Source: Nitrospirota bacterium (GTDB lineage Bacteria > Nitrospirota > Nitrospiria > SBBL01 > JAADHI01). From it: a stretch of DNA of 64,000 bases. Made by a program: the position numbers and the translations under genes. The DNA is taken from positions 16,158-80,157 of the forward strand of contig JAJDBX010000046.1 of assembly GCA_029261135.1 (NCBI GenBank). The letters run 5' to 3'. Positions 49,444 to 59,497 of this stretch are shown here, one piece after another. How positions within the stretch are numbered: the first letter of the stretch is position 1; each line of letters starts with the position of its first letter. The notes below the pieces were generated by a model that ran no database searches, was not told the origin of the DNA, and saw nothing but the letters and a program-made list of their open reading frames with translations.

Positions 49444-50384
49444 CTATACCTCAAACAAATGAAGATTTTTTCAAAAGAGTATGACTTTCCTAAAGAAGAT
49501 GCAAATGTTTTTGGAAGAAAAGATGTAAATCTTGAGGAAACATCTCTATCTAAATAATATTCTTTTTAAACATCGAAGAACTTTAAAGCTAGAGAGATTA
49601 AAACCTGATCGCAGGATCAACTTCTCTCCTGTCCCCAAAAGCCCCACTTTGGCTGAAGTCCAAACCAATAATGTCGATTCTGTAATTGGCCCGTCTTCTG
49701 TATCAAGCGCAATGCTTGATACAGACAGGGGCTGTCCTACGTCAATCCTGCGTGGCTGCCTTCTACCTTGCATCACAACTTGTGGCGGCTTGCCGGGGAC
49801 AATGAGGGAGCCAGGAAAACGAGTGACACCGGTATTAACCATCATTCACAACAAGTTCGAGCCGTCCGGCGGTTTCCAGGTAAAACCTCTCTAGATGGAA
49901 GTCTATAGCTTCCTGTTCCGATATCTAATGCAATCACATCCAGCTGTTCCCGCCATCCGGGCTGTGCCGCAAGGTAGAGGTGAGAAAAAGTCTCCTGTGA
50001 ACTGTCTCGAAATTTGCTTAATCACGCTGGTGGATGGATTTTCAAAATTGATCCGCCCAGAGATGAGCACCTATTCTTCGGCCTCGAGAAGCGCCGATTC
50101 GGGCGGGATTGATGTTGCCATCGATTTTGAATTTTCAATGTTGATACCCGGATTCGGATCGATCGTATCCCGATCCAAAAAAAGGCTTCCGAAAGAACGT
50201 AACGATTGATCAATTGACAAAGTGTAGATAAGGAAAAAAGAAGGACAATTGTTTTTGAACAACGCCATAAGCGTTCTTCATATGAAGTATAAAGCTAGGC
50301 TGATCCCTTCATTAAAATAATAAGCTAATTTAAATAATATCAGAAAGAGATCTTACTAAAAATTAAACACATTTCCAACTGAAT

Positions 50385-51428
50385 TTAATCGACAAAAGCC
50401 ACAACCGAATGCAACCCTGATGTCCCATCTGGAAAAGCATTGGCGAGAAAGGAAGTTTGGGTGCGACCGATCCTGTCCGTCGCGCGGACAAAGATCCGGT
50501 AATCATCCGGTTCAGGATCTTTCCACTCATAATGCCAGTGAACCCATGAGAATGGGGAGGGCGTCGGATCGAGCTTTGCCCGTTTCCAGGTCATTGCGTT
50601 GTCAAAAGAGATTTCGACCATGCCGATTCCGTTATACCCGGAGAAGGCAATGCCTCGAAAAACGTGACCATTTTTTAGTGTATTGTAAGCACCGGGGTCG
50701 TCTATTCTGGAGGATACTTTGATCGTTGCTTGATCTGTCCAACTTTTTTTCTGCCAATATCCCTTATAATCGTAGTCCGTTAGTTTAATATCCGTGAGCC
50801 ACTTTACATTTTTAATGCCATATAAACCTGGCACCACCGCACGCAGCGGAAATCCGTGGTCTTTGTTGAGCGGCTTCCCGTTCATCTCATAGGCTAAAAA
50901 AACGTCGTATTGCATCGCCCGTTGCAAGGTAATACTGTCAGAATAATCATCTGCACCAAAAAAGGCGGCATCGACCACAGACGAATGGGGTTGGGCTTCT
51001 TCAAGTAGGTCTTTCAGCTCAATCCCTTTCCAGGTTGCATTACTGATGAGATCACCTGCAACTTCATTATCAATACAGGTTAATGTCACCATTTTTTCGA
51101 CCGCCGGGCGTTTCAGAATATCCTTGTAGGTGAGCCGGAACGGTTTTTTAACTTTTCCCGTAATTTTAAGGGACCACCTGTTGACGTCAACCGTTTCTGG
51201 CCCGGAATATTGTACGATGTAAAAATGTTCAGTTGGCGTGATAAAGGGGGTCTTTTTGGCGGGAAGCTTTAAAAAACGCTTCATAAAAAAAGAAGCCGCC
51301 TCTCCTTTTTTTGCAAAAAGGCTTGTGGCAATGCCCGCACTTGAAACCTGCAAGAACTTTCGTCTGTTTAGCTTTCCAGAGAAAAAACCGGGCGTAATTT
51401 TTGGCATGTCAGGGATTATATCGGCCAA
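50385..51428 (-). CDS. Tat-exported molybdopterin oxidoreductase of the sulfite-oxidase family
   Basis: Twin-arginine signal NRRKFLQVSSAGIATSLFA. A Mo-binding Cys region (TLTCIDNEV), GFPLRAVVPGLYGIKNVKWL, and a C-terminal Ig-like dimerisation domain. Confidence 0.8.
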   Translation of the reverse strand: MADIIPDMPKITPGFFSGKLNRRKFLQVSSAGIATSLFAKKGEAASFFMKRFLKLPAKKTPFITPTEHFYIVQYSGPETVDVNRWSLKITGKVKKPFRLTYKDILKRPAVEKMVTLTCIDNEVAGDLISNATWKGIELKDLLEEAQPHSSVVDAAFFGADDYSDSITLQRAMQYDVFLAYEMNGKPLNKDHGFPLRAVVPGLYGIKNVKWLTDIKLTDYDYKGYWQKKSWTDQATIKVSSRIDDPGAYNTLKNGHVFRGIAFSGYNGIGMVEISFDNAMTWKRAKLDPTPSPFSWVHWHYEWKDPEPDDYRIFVRATDRIGRTQTSFLANAFPDGTSGLHSVVAFVD

Positions 51429-51576
51429 TCACTCTGTTTTCAAGAAATCTTAATCTGCATTTATTCTCAGAAAAAAATAATCATGTTCGGAAGGGTCTCC
51501 CATGAAGAAAAATGCTAGAATAGCGCTGAGAATAACGGTCTCTCGATGTCATATTTTGAATAGATAAAGGACAGCT

Positions 51577-52200
51577 ATGCCTCGTTTGATCACCATCAAA
51601 GGACGGGGTATAAATGAGAATTCACCGAACCGCTTTGAAACGAGGCAAGGTCTCCCCGATGATTTAGAGGATGAAAGCCCCCATCCCAAAACAATATTTT
51701 TAGAAGACAGTTCAAAAACAATTATTACCTATAACAAGAGTCCGGATATTCCGCCGGCCTCGATTTTGAAACAAAAATTATGATAAAGCGCAATGCCCCG
51801 GCGCTTCTTCGGCAGGCGCTTTCCCATAAAAATTGGTAACCGACTGTTTTGGCCATGAGTGGGGTCACCGATCCCTACCAAGCGACTGAAAAAAGACTTT
51901 GTCTGACGCGCCGCTGTCTTGACAGTCTTGCTTGAATTTCGAAATCCAGTGATCGTTGTGAGCAAAAATAGCGGAGTAATTCGGGATGTGGATCTCTTGA
52001 GACAGATAGCCGAATTTAAGGCCGTCGCTGTTTTTATTTCCGTGACAACTTTGGAGGCTGACCTGCATCAAATATTGGCACCGAGGGCTTCTCACCCTGG
52101 AAAAAGGCTGGAGGCCATTGAATGTTTAAGCCCTGCAGGGATTCCGACCGGTGTCATGGTCGCGCCTGTCATTCCGATTCATGTCAAAAAACGGGCATAG
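51577..52200 (+). pseudogene. PA0069-type radical SAM gene, multiply disrupted
   Basis: KGRGINENSPNRFE...NKSPDIP joins out of frame (near 51750-51756) directly to GLDFETKIMIKRNAPALLRQALSHKNW, so the CxxxCxxC segment is missing. There is an in-frame TAA at 51837-51839, then MSGVTDPYQATEKRLCLTRRCLDSLA, then TGA at 51933-51935. A +1 shift leads into EFRNPVIVVSKNSGVIRDVDLL..LEADLHQILAPRASHPGKRLEAI..GIPTGVMVAPVIP, which ends early at 52200. Confidence 0.7.
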
Positions 52201-52351
52201 CGAAAAGCATGCCGCAACTTTCGACTCGTGCTTTTCTTTCTTCGCATCCCATCCAGCTTCCTTTATTTTCTTGAAAGAAAAGACTACTTTTTTCTTGAAA
52301 TCGCCATAAAAACCTTGTACATTTCGCCCTTGATTTTTTTGGGGGATTATT

Positions 52352-52609
52352 TTGAAAAAGATCTATTTAGAATTAGATGTGTCTGGAACAAAGGAAAATG
52401 AAGCCTGGATTGAAATAGAACAACCCAAGGGCTTTATTGTTTCGGACTTAAAGAAAGTAGAAGCACAGTGTAAACATCCTGAAAAGGAAGCGCACTCAGA
52501 AGGAGAATGGCGCGAGATTTCGGTTCAAATTGAAGAAGACTTCTTCAATGATGCAGTTGTATTCTATAAAAGCATTGATCGTATTCTTGCGGTTGAAACT
52601 GAAGGTTAA
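52352..52609 (+). CDS. 85-aa acidic hypothetical protein
   Basis: TTG-initiated ORF with no motif. Kept only because it fills an otherwise empty gap. Confidence 0.25.
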   Translation: MKKIYLELDVSGTKENEAWIEIEQPKGFIVSDLKKVEAQCKHPEKEAHSEGEWREISVQIEEDFFNDAVVFYKSIDRILAVETEG

Positions 52610-52636
52610 TTCGTTAGAATCAATTTCTGATCTTAC

Positions 52637-53191
52637 CTACAATTTTACAAAATACTTATCGCGGTAAAACTGCAGTTCAGTGATGGATTCACGGATATCA
52701 TTGAGCGCAAGGTGGCTTCCCGCCTTCGACGGGGCGGGGGGGCCTGAGGGATACCATCGTTTTACCAACTCTTTGATTGTGCTGACATCAATATTTCGAT
52801 AATGAAGGTAATCGAAAAATGTCGGCATGTATCGCTCAAGAAACCTGCGGTCATGACCAATTGAATTGCCGCAAAGCGGGGCTTTCTTTTCGCTGCAATA
52901 ACGGCGAACAAATTGAAGGGTTTGAATTTCGGCTTCTTCCAAGCTGATGCTGGATTCTTCGATTCTTTTAAAGAGCCCCGATTTTGTGTGCGTATTGCGA
53001 CTCCATTTTTCCATATTGTCGAGAGTCGCTTTGTCTTGATGGATGGCCAAGACCGGACCTTCCTCTAATATATTTAAATGGCTGTCGGTAATAATGGTCG
53101 CAATTTCGACAATGGTATGTTCATTCGGATTTAAGCCCGTCATTTCTAAATCGAGCCAAACGAGGTGTGCTTTATTTTGAGACTGAGTCAT
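52637..53191 (-). CDS. orn: oligoribonuclease
   Basis: LVWLDLEMTGLNP..IVEIATIITD (ExoI), GNSIGHDRRFL (ExoII), HLALNDIRESI (ExoIII). 184 aa. Confidence 0.9.
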   Translation of the reverse strand: MTQSQNKAHLVWLDLEMTGLNPNEHTIVEIATIITDSHLNILEEGPVLAIHQDKATLDNMEKWSRNTHTKSGLFKRIEESSISLEEAEIQTLQFVRRYCSEKKAPLCGNSIGHDRRFLERYMPTFFDYLHYRNIDVSTIKELVKRWYPSGPPAPSKAGSHLALNDIRESITELQFYRDKYFVKL

Positions 53192-53247
53192 TCACTTCCT
53201 TTAATTTATGGGGTCATAAGCTGAATAAAGCTTAGAATTAAAAATTA

Positions 53248-54510
53248 TCACCGATTGATTTTGGAAGTCAGGATAACCGCTTCTGCAACTTCACGCATGG
53301 TTTTTCGGTTATTCATGCTCTGTCGCTGAATCAAACGAAAGGCCTCTTCTTCAGTCACACTGCCCTGCTTCATGAGTATCCCTTTTGCCCTTTCCACCGC
53401 CTTTCTTGTCTCAAGGGCTTCCTGCATTGCTGAAGTCTGCTCTGAAAGGCTTGTATTTTCCATGGCCACAGCGGCTTGATTTGCAACGACTTGCAATAAA
53501 CTGATCTCTTCATCATTAAAATGATGCTTCTCTGAAGTATAGCTGTTTAAGACGCCAACAACCTTATTTTTAATCATCATTGGAACCGAAAGCAGAGAAC
53601 AGATGCCTTCTTTTTTTGCGAGTTCAGAAAAGTGATATAGTGGGTTGGTCGTCACGTCAAGAATGGCAATGGGTTTCTTTTCTATAACGGTTTTTCCTGA
53701 AACACTTTCTCCCACTTTCACATTCGCTTTTCGACGATATTCCTCACTGAGACTCTGTGTGGCGACGATTTTTAATTCACCCAGTTTTTTATCCAGGAGC
53801 ATAATCGAGCAGATGGTAGAATCCATCATTCCGGCGGTCATGGTCACGATGAGATTGAGAATCTCTTCGATGTATCGATCCGAAGTGATGGTGCTGCTTA
53901 AGCGAGAGAGGGTATCAATCTGCATCACTTTTTTCTTCATCTCGTCGTAGAGCCGTGCGTTTGAAATCGCACTCCCGACCTGATGACTAATCGTAGAAAG
54001 CAGTGCAAGTTCACCTTCAGTGTGCTCATGTGGATTTTTATACTGGATATTGAGAACCCCGATCATCTCTTCTTTACTGATCACCGGAACGGATAAAAAC
54101 GCTTCATAACGATCTTCGGGCAGGGTTTTAAATGCCTTAAATCGGGGATCGTCTCCGGCATTTTCCCCAATGGCGACAACCCGTTGCTCTCTAGCAACCC
54201 ATCCGGTAATACCTTCGCCCATTTCAACACGAATTTGCCCGATCAATTTGGGGTGAGGGATTTTGGAGGCTTGAAGCACAAGGGCGTCCCTGTGTTCGTT
54301 AATCAAGTAAATCAGACAAGCATCTGCATTGGTTTTTTCAACCACGAGCGCAACAATTTCTTTTAAGACAATATCGAGTTCAAGATTGGAACTGATCGAT
54401 TCTGTAATATGTTGTAAGAGCTCAAGCTCTCTTGTCTTTTCTAAGAGAGCTGTTTTGATAGGAATTCGCTTTTTTGCAGGTTCGCTTTTTTTTAACGGGA
54501 GTGACGCCAT
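53248..54510 (-). CDS. GAF-GAF-ANTAR RNA-binding antiterminator-type regulator
   Basis: Two GAF domains, then ALETRKAVERAKGILMKQGSVTEEEAFRLIQRQSMNNRKTMREVAEAVI, an ANTAR helix bundle. Confidence 0.8.
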   Translation of the reverse strand: MASLPLKKSEPAKKRIPIKTALLEKTRELELLQHITESISSNLELDIVLKEIVALVVEKTNADACLIYLINEHRDALVLQASKIPHPKLIGQIRVEMGEGITGWVAREQRVVAIGENAGDDPRFKAFKTLPEDRYEAFLSVPVISKEEMIGVLNIQYKNPHEHTEGELALLSTISHQVGSAISNARLYDEMKKKVMQIDTLSRLSSTITSDRYIEEILNLIVTMTAGMMDSTICSIMLLDKKLGELKIVATQSLSEEYRRKANVKVGESVSGKTVIEKKPIAILDVTTNPLYHFSELAKKEGICSLLSVPMMIKNKVVGVLNSYTSEKHHFNDEEISLLQVVANQAAVAMENTSLSEQTSAMQEALETRKAVERAKGILMKQGSVTEEEAFRLIQRQSMNNRKTMREVAEAVILTSKINR

Positions 54511-54696
54511 TGTCTACTCAATCTTAAAGAATCATGGTCAATTATCAGTGCGTTTGCGGGGGGAATAGTACCATGTTTTTCAAGGGGCGGCAAGAAATGT
54601 CCTTGAGCCTGGGGCAGTAAAATTTTATATTCTCTGGATTTTCCAGTTCGGCATTGTATTTTGACGTACTATCATAATAAATCTATCATTGGAAAT

Positions 54697-56277
54697 ATGA
54701 ATCGTTTTTTAGCCTTATTGATTGCTCTCTCGCTAGGCCTTGGTTTTTTATGGGTGGCGAACCAAAAAGAGGAAAGTGGTAATTTTAGTGCCTTCCGGAT
54801 GAACCTGTCCTCAGAACCACCGACACTCGATTGGTCTTTGGCCACTGATAATGTCTCTATTCGGGTGATCGAAAATTTAATGGAAGGGCTCACCGAATAC
54901 GATGCTGAGCTTCGCCCTATCCCGGCAATTGCTAAAAGATGGGATGTCTCAGAGGATGGTCGTGTCTACACCTTTTATTTACGACCCGACGTATATTGGA
55001 GCGATGGGCTGCAGGTCACGGCACAGCATTTTGAATATGCCTGGAAACGCTTGCTCAATCCAAAAACGGCTTCGGAATATGCCTATTTTTTATACGACAT
55101 CCAAAATGCCGCCGAGTACAATGCCGGCACAATAAAAGATGCGGCTCTGGTCGGGGTGAAAACATTAGATCACTTGAGCTTTCAGGTCACTTTAAAAAAA
55201 CAAGCCGTTTATTTTCCGGCCATCACAACCTTTACGGCCACCTTTCCGCAACGACAAGACCTCATCGAAAAATATGGAGACCGTTGGACAGACCCTGCTT
55301 ATCTTGTTGTGTGCGGTCCTTTTCTCTTAAAAGAATGGCATCATGAATATCGCCTGACGCTTGTGGCCAATGAGGACTATTACGGGGGCAGGCCGAGTCT
55401 GGATCGCGTGATTTTTTATGTGGTTTCAGAAGAAACAACCGCACTGACCCTTTACGAAACGGGTGATTTGGATCGGGTGACACTACCGCCTATTGCCATC
55501 CCGAAATACAAAAGTCATCCTGACTATGTGCAGGCCCCCTTTTTACGAGGTTATTATTATGGATTCAATGTTGAGAAAGCCCCCTTTGACGATGTGCGTG
55601 TGCGGCAGGCTTTTTCGATGGCGATAAACCGGGAAGAAATCCCACGTATCCTGAAAGGGGGAGAACTCCCTGCAACCTCATGGATTCCAGCAGGCATGTT
55701 TGCCCACAATCCCACGATTGGGCTTTCTTTTAATCTGAAAAAAGCCCAGCGTTTATTGACTGAGGCAGGTTACGACAGTGGATCTGATTTGCCTCCGATC
55801 ACGCTTGCCTTTAATACAGACCCGACGAATCGCTTGCTAGCACAAAATATCCAGGCCCAATGGAAACGTAACTTAGGCGTGTCTGTCTTGCTCGATAATA
55901 TGGAGTGGAAGGTTTATCTCGGACAATTAAAACAAGATGCCCCACAGGTATTTCGTCTGGGTTGGGGTGCAGATTATCCAGACCCGGACAACTTTATGAA
56001 CCTGTTTACCTCGACCAGCGGGAACAACAATACGCGATGGGGCAATCCGGATTATGATCGTCTGATTTCAGAGGGGGCCAGTGAGTTAGATGCCTCAAAG
56101 CGATTGCATCTTTATGATAAAGCACAGCGTATTTTGACTGAGTCCGATGCCCCCATCATGCCACTTTTTTTCGCGGCGCAGAATCTTTTAATTCGGCCCT
56201 CCATTGAAGGCTTGACGATTAATGCGATGGATCTGCTTTCCCTCAAAAAAGTCCGCTTAAAAGGAGAGATCCACTAA
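54697..56277 (+). CDS. ABC transporter substrate-binding protein, family 5 (peptide/nickel, OppA/DppA-like)
   Basis: ATG 54697 (MNRFLALLIALSLG signal). SBP_bac_5-type blocks are present (..RLGWGADYPDPDNFM..). Confidence 0.85.
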   Translation: MNRFLALLIALSLGLGFLWVANQKEESGNFSAFRMNLSSEPPTLDWSLATDNVSIRVIENLMEGLTEYDAELRPIPAIAKRWDVSEDGRVYTFYLRPDVYWSDGLQVTAQHFEYAWKRLLNPKTASEYAYFLYDIQNAAEYNAGTIKDAALVGVKTLDHLSFQVTLKKQAVYFPAITTFTATFPQRQDLIEKYGDRWTDPAYLVVCGPFLLKEWHHEYRLTLVANEDYYGGRPSLDRVIFYVVSEETTALTLYETGDLDRVTLPPIAIPKYKSHPDYVQAPFLRGYYYGFNVEKAPFDDVRVRQAFSMAINREEIPRILKGGELPATSWIPAGMFAHNPTIGLSFNLKKAQRLLTEAGYDSGSDLPPITLAFNTDPTNRLLAQNIQAQWKRNLGVSVLLDNMEWKVYLGQLKQDAPQVFRLGWGADYPDPDNFMNLFTSTSGNNNTRWGNPDYDRLISEGASELDASKRLHLYDKAQRILTESDAPIMPLFFAAQNLLIRPSIEGLTINAMDLLSLKKVRLKGEIH

Positions 56278-57194
56278 TGTTGGTTTATTTCTTGCGTCGC
56301 ATCCTTTGGGCTATTCCGGTGTTATGGCTTGTGGCGACGATCACTTTTTTTATCATGCACGTGGTTCCCGGAGGCCCCTTTGATCGTGAGAAAAAGCTCC
56401 CTCCGGAGATTCAAGCCAATATCGAAGCCAAGTATCATCTCGACGAGCCGATTTTGATTCAATATTCTCTCTACTTGAAAGGCTTGTTAAAAGGCGATTT
56501 AGGCCCATCGTATAAATATGTGGGGCGTACCGTGAACGATGTGATTTCAGATACCTTGCCTGTGTCGATACAGCTGGGTCTGGTTGCCCTTTTGATTGCT
56601 CTGATTGTCGGCCTCATTACGGGAATCACATCGGGTGCTTTTGCAAATACCATTTGGGATAGGATGAGTATGTTTTTCGCGACCGCAGGGATTTCCATCC
56701 CCAGTTTTGTTTTAGGGGCATTGTTGATTCTTATTTTTTCACATTATTTAAAACTGCTCCCTCCCGCGCTCTGGGAAAATGCAAGATCTGTCATTTTGCC
56801 CGCCTGTGCCTTAGGCCTGGCTCCGGCGGCCTACATTGCACGGCTGATTCGCGCCAGTATTTTGGAGGAAAAACATCAAGATTATGTGCGTACGGCACGT
56901 GCAAAGGGATTCTCTGAAATGATGATTTTGCTTCGGCATGTTCTAAAAAATGCGATTGCACCCGTGGTCACCATTATTGGCCCTTTAACGGCAACGCTGG
57001 TGACCGGATCATTTGTGGTGGAATTCATTTTTTCTGTGCCGGGCATGGGACAGTTTTTCATTACAGCGGTGACCAATCGCGATTACCCCCTGATCATGGG
57101 AGTCACACTTGTTTATGCTGCACTGATCGTGCTCGCAAACTTGTTGGTTGATCTGTTGTATCCGCTGATTGATCCGCGTATCAAACTGGAATAG
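56277..57194 (+). CDS. ABC transporter permease (OppB/DppB-like)
   Basis: MLVYFLRRILWAIPVLWLVATITFF. EAA loop region YVRTARAKGFSE. Six TM helices. Confidence 0.9.
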   Translation: MLVYFLRRILWAIPVLWLVATITFFIMHVVPGGPFDREKKLPPEIQANIEAKYHLDEPILIQYSLYLKGLLKGDLGPSYKYVGRTVNDVISDTLPVSIQLGLVALLIALIVGLITGITSGAFANTIWDRMSMFFATAGISIPSFVLGALLILIFSHYLKLLPPALWENARSVILPACALGLAPAAYIARLIRASILEEKHQDYVRTARAKGFSEMMILLRHVLKNAIAPVVTIIGPLTATLVTGSFVVEFIFSVPGMGQFFITAVTNRDYPLIMGVTLVYAALIVLANLLVDLLYPLIDPRIKLE

Positions 57195-57199
57195 CTTTC

Positions 57200-58036
57200 A
57201 TGGCGCAGTCTCGTTTTTGGCTGAAGTTTAGGCGGGATCGCTTGATGATAATATCGCTTGTCTTCATCATTGCTCTCTGTGTCATTTCCTTGTTGGGTGA
57301 TTTTATCTCGCCTTACGCGCATGATCTACAGGAGACACAAAACAGTCTTGCGTCTCCCAGTTTTGAACACTGGATGGGGACGGATGAGTTGGGACGCGAT
57401 CTTTTTTCGCGATTGATTTATGGCACACGGGTTTCGATGGCGGTAAGTCTGCTCACCGCCCTTTCTGCATTGTTTTTGGGAACTTGTTACGGGGCGATTT
57501 CTGGTTATGTTGGTGGTCGTGTGGATAACTGGATGATGCGTGGCATAGACGTCTTGTATGCGATTCCAGACCTGCTTTTAATTATTCTCATCACGGTGGT
57601 CATTGGGCGTGGCATCACGGGTATTTTTCTGGCCTTAAGTCTGGTGGGTTGGATTACGGTCGCGCGTCTGATTCGCGGGGAGGTGCTTCGATTAAAGGAA
57701 AATGCCTATGTCGAAGCGGCACGCGCTTTTGGCGCAACGCATTTGAGGATACTGCTCCGCCACATCTTACCGAATACCATTGGGGTCCTGATCGTGACAC
57801 TCACTTTCCGCATTCCCTCGGCGATTTTGGCGGAATCGACCCTGAGTTTTATCGGCTTGGGCTTGACCCCACCGGCAGCCAGTTGGGGAACGCTTGCCAA
57901 CGAAGGCTGGAAGGCTCTGAAGTTTTATCCCCATCTGATCCTGTTTCCAAGTTTGGCCATTTTCATTACCATGCTTGCCTTCAATTTTTTGGGAGACGGC
58001 TTACGCGATGTGTTTGATGTGAATCAGGAAAAGTAA
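57200..58036 (+). CDS. ABC transporter permease (OppC/DppC-like)
   Basis: HWMGTDELGRDLFSRLIYG, YVEAARAFGATHLRILLRHILPN. Confidence 0.9.
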   Translation: MAQSRFWLKFRRDRLMIISLVFIIALCVISLLGDFISPYAHDLQETQNSLASPSFEHWMGTDELGRDLFSRLIYGTRVSMAVSLLTALSALFLGTCYGAISGYVGGRVDNWMMRGIDVLYAIPDLLLIILITVVIGRGITGIFLALSLVGWITVARLIRGEVLRLKENAYVEAARAFGATHLRILLRHILPNTIGVLIVTLTFRIPSAILAESTLSFIGLGLTPPAASWGTLANEGWKALKFYPHLILFPSLAIFITMLAFNFLGDGLRDVFDVNQEK

Positions 58037-58087
58037 ATGAGTAAGAAAAGATAATGGAATTTTATACAGAACATTTTTCAGAAGGAC

Positions 58088-59497
58088 TTACTCGTCAGCA
58101 CGTTCAACTGACATCCAAGTCCCGGCTAAAGGAGTCAGATATCGGACACCGGGGTATGTCCCATTTGCAAATTGGGTGTTATACCAAACCTCAAGATCGA
58201 TGGCACTCTTTTGAGCTGTGCTTGTAAATCCAGCGCCGCTATACATCGCCCCATAGACTTTAAATTGTCGTTCAATATTAATTTCCTGTTTTGCCGCAAA
58301 GAGCCCTTCTAAATTAATGTCTGAGAGGGTGACTTTTTCGCCACGGGTATGTCCTGGAATGGAAGGAGAAAGGGCATCTACTGGCTCTAGCCTGAGCGTT
58401 TCTTCGGAGTTCGCTACAATAGAGATATCTCCTGAGAAGTAGAAAGAGCCTTTAAATCGTCCGCCATATATTTCTAGTGGTTCGGAAATATTACCGTTAT
58501 CAATCCAAACCAAATGATATGTTTCGGTTGCACCGTCAAATATTGCATCAAAACTGTCAACATGGGTGTCACCTTCAATCAGGTGTTTGCCATTTCTAAG
58601 TAAGTGTTGTGACCCATCCTGTTTATCAATAACTAAGGTGTAGTATTCCCCATGTTTTTTGATAAAAGATTGAAGGCGGCCAATGTTATGGGGATCAAAA
58701 ATATTATCGAGATCGGCGGTACTTCCCTCATTTTGCCGCACATTGGGTCGGAGGATATAAGTATTTTCATCGTTAAGATCATCAGGAGGAGGGCTTCCGA
58801 CAATTTTGCCCTGAACAAGCAAATCCATGAGTGGATCGATCAAAGTGTCTTTATAAGAATCGGGTGTTATGAAAGTCGCAGAATCTTGTTCAGGGATGAC
58901 CTTGATATCATTCCCTATATTTGCATCTCCAGCATATCGGATATCTCCCCAATGGACCCAAATGGGGGAAGGGCTCGTTGAATTTCCAGCGCCTTGTATG
59001 CCTGCAGTGATACTTCCCAGGGGGTTTCTGACAATGTTCACCCTCACTGCTGCCTTTCCACCTTGAGGTGTTTCAGCACTCACTTCTACAGTACAGATCC
59101 CATTATTTTTTTCTACATTATAGAGCCGAATATCGGTAATTTTGCCCATATTGTTGAGCTCTGAGAAATAGCCATCAGGATTCGATAAAACCTGAGCGTC
59201 GATAAAAAAATCGGGTTTTTCTTGATCTCCCAGGCAAGGGCTTGGATTTGTCGTGAGTGACCTAAAAAAAGGAACACTTGGAGACTCATCCGGTGTACTT
59301 GCCCACGAAAGGACTTTTTCAATACCGGACTCCGCCAGATACTGGGCCGATGCTTCACTTGCCGTGTAGCGTGAAATCGCAAGGTCTGTTGTGGAAACCT
59401 GGAAGGCGAGAAATGCAAAGCTCGTCCCCAGTGTCAGCGCCATGAGTGCGACAAACATTGCAAATCCACGCTGATTATTTCTCAGTATTGGCCTCAT
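58088..59497 (-). CDS. large PilX-N-domain minor pilin-like protein (469 aa)
   Basis: The N-terminus NQRGFAMFVALMALTLGTSFAFLAF is typical of the PilX N-terminal domain. The rest has no recognisable motif. Confidence 0.55.
   Translation of the reverse strand: MRPILRNNQRGFAMFVALMALTLGTSFAFLAFQVSTTDLAISRYTASEASAQYLAESGIEKVLSWASTPDESPSVPFFRSLTTNPSPCLGDQEKPDFFIDAQVLSNPDGYFSELNNMGKITDIRLYNVEKNNGICTVEVSAETPQGGKAAVRVNIVRNPLGSITAGIQGAGNSTSPSPIWVHWGDIRYAGDANIGNDIKVIPEQDSATFITPDSYKDTLIDPLMDLLVQGKIVGSPPPDDLNDENTYILRPNVRQNEGSTADLDNIFDPHNIGRLQSFIKKHGEYYTLVIDKQDGSQHLLRNGKHLIEGDTHVDSFDAIFDGATETYHLVWIDNGNISEPLEIYGGRFKGSFYFSGDISIVANSEETLRLEPVDALSPSIPGHTRGEKVTLSDINLEGLFAAKQEINIERQFKVYGAMYSGAGFTSTAQKSAIDLEVWYNTQFANGTYPGVRYLTPLAGTWMSVERADE

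Noticed and set aside
49546-50209. 99-120-aa ORFs on both strands in the purU-proximal gap
   Set aside because: They overlap one another, lack ribosome-binding context and have an odd composition. They are treated as noise or pseudogene debris.
54511-54696. Search for an ANTAR dual-hexaloop target or terminator in the transporter leader
   Set aside because: No convincing paired hairpins or U-tract terminator were found by eye.
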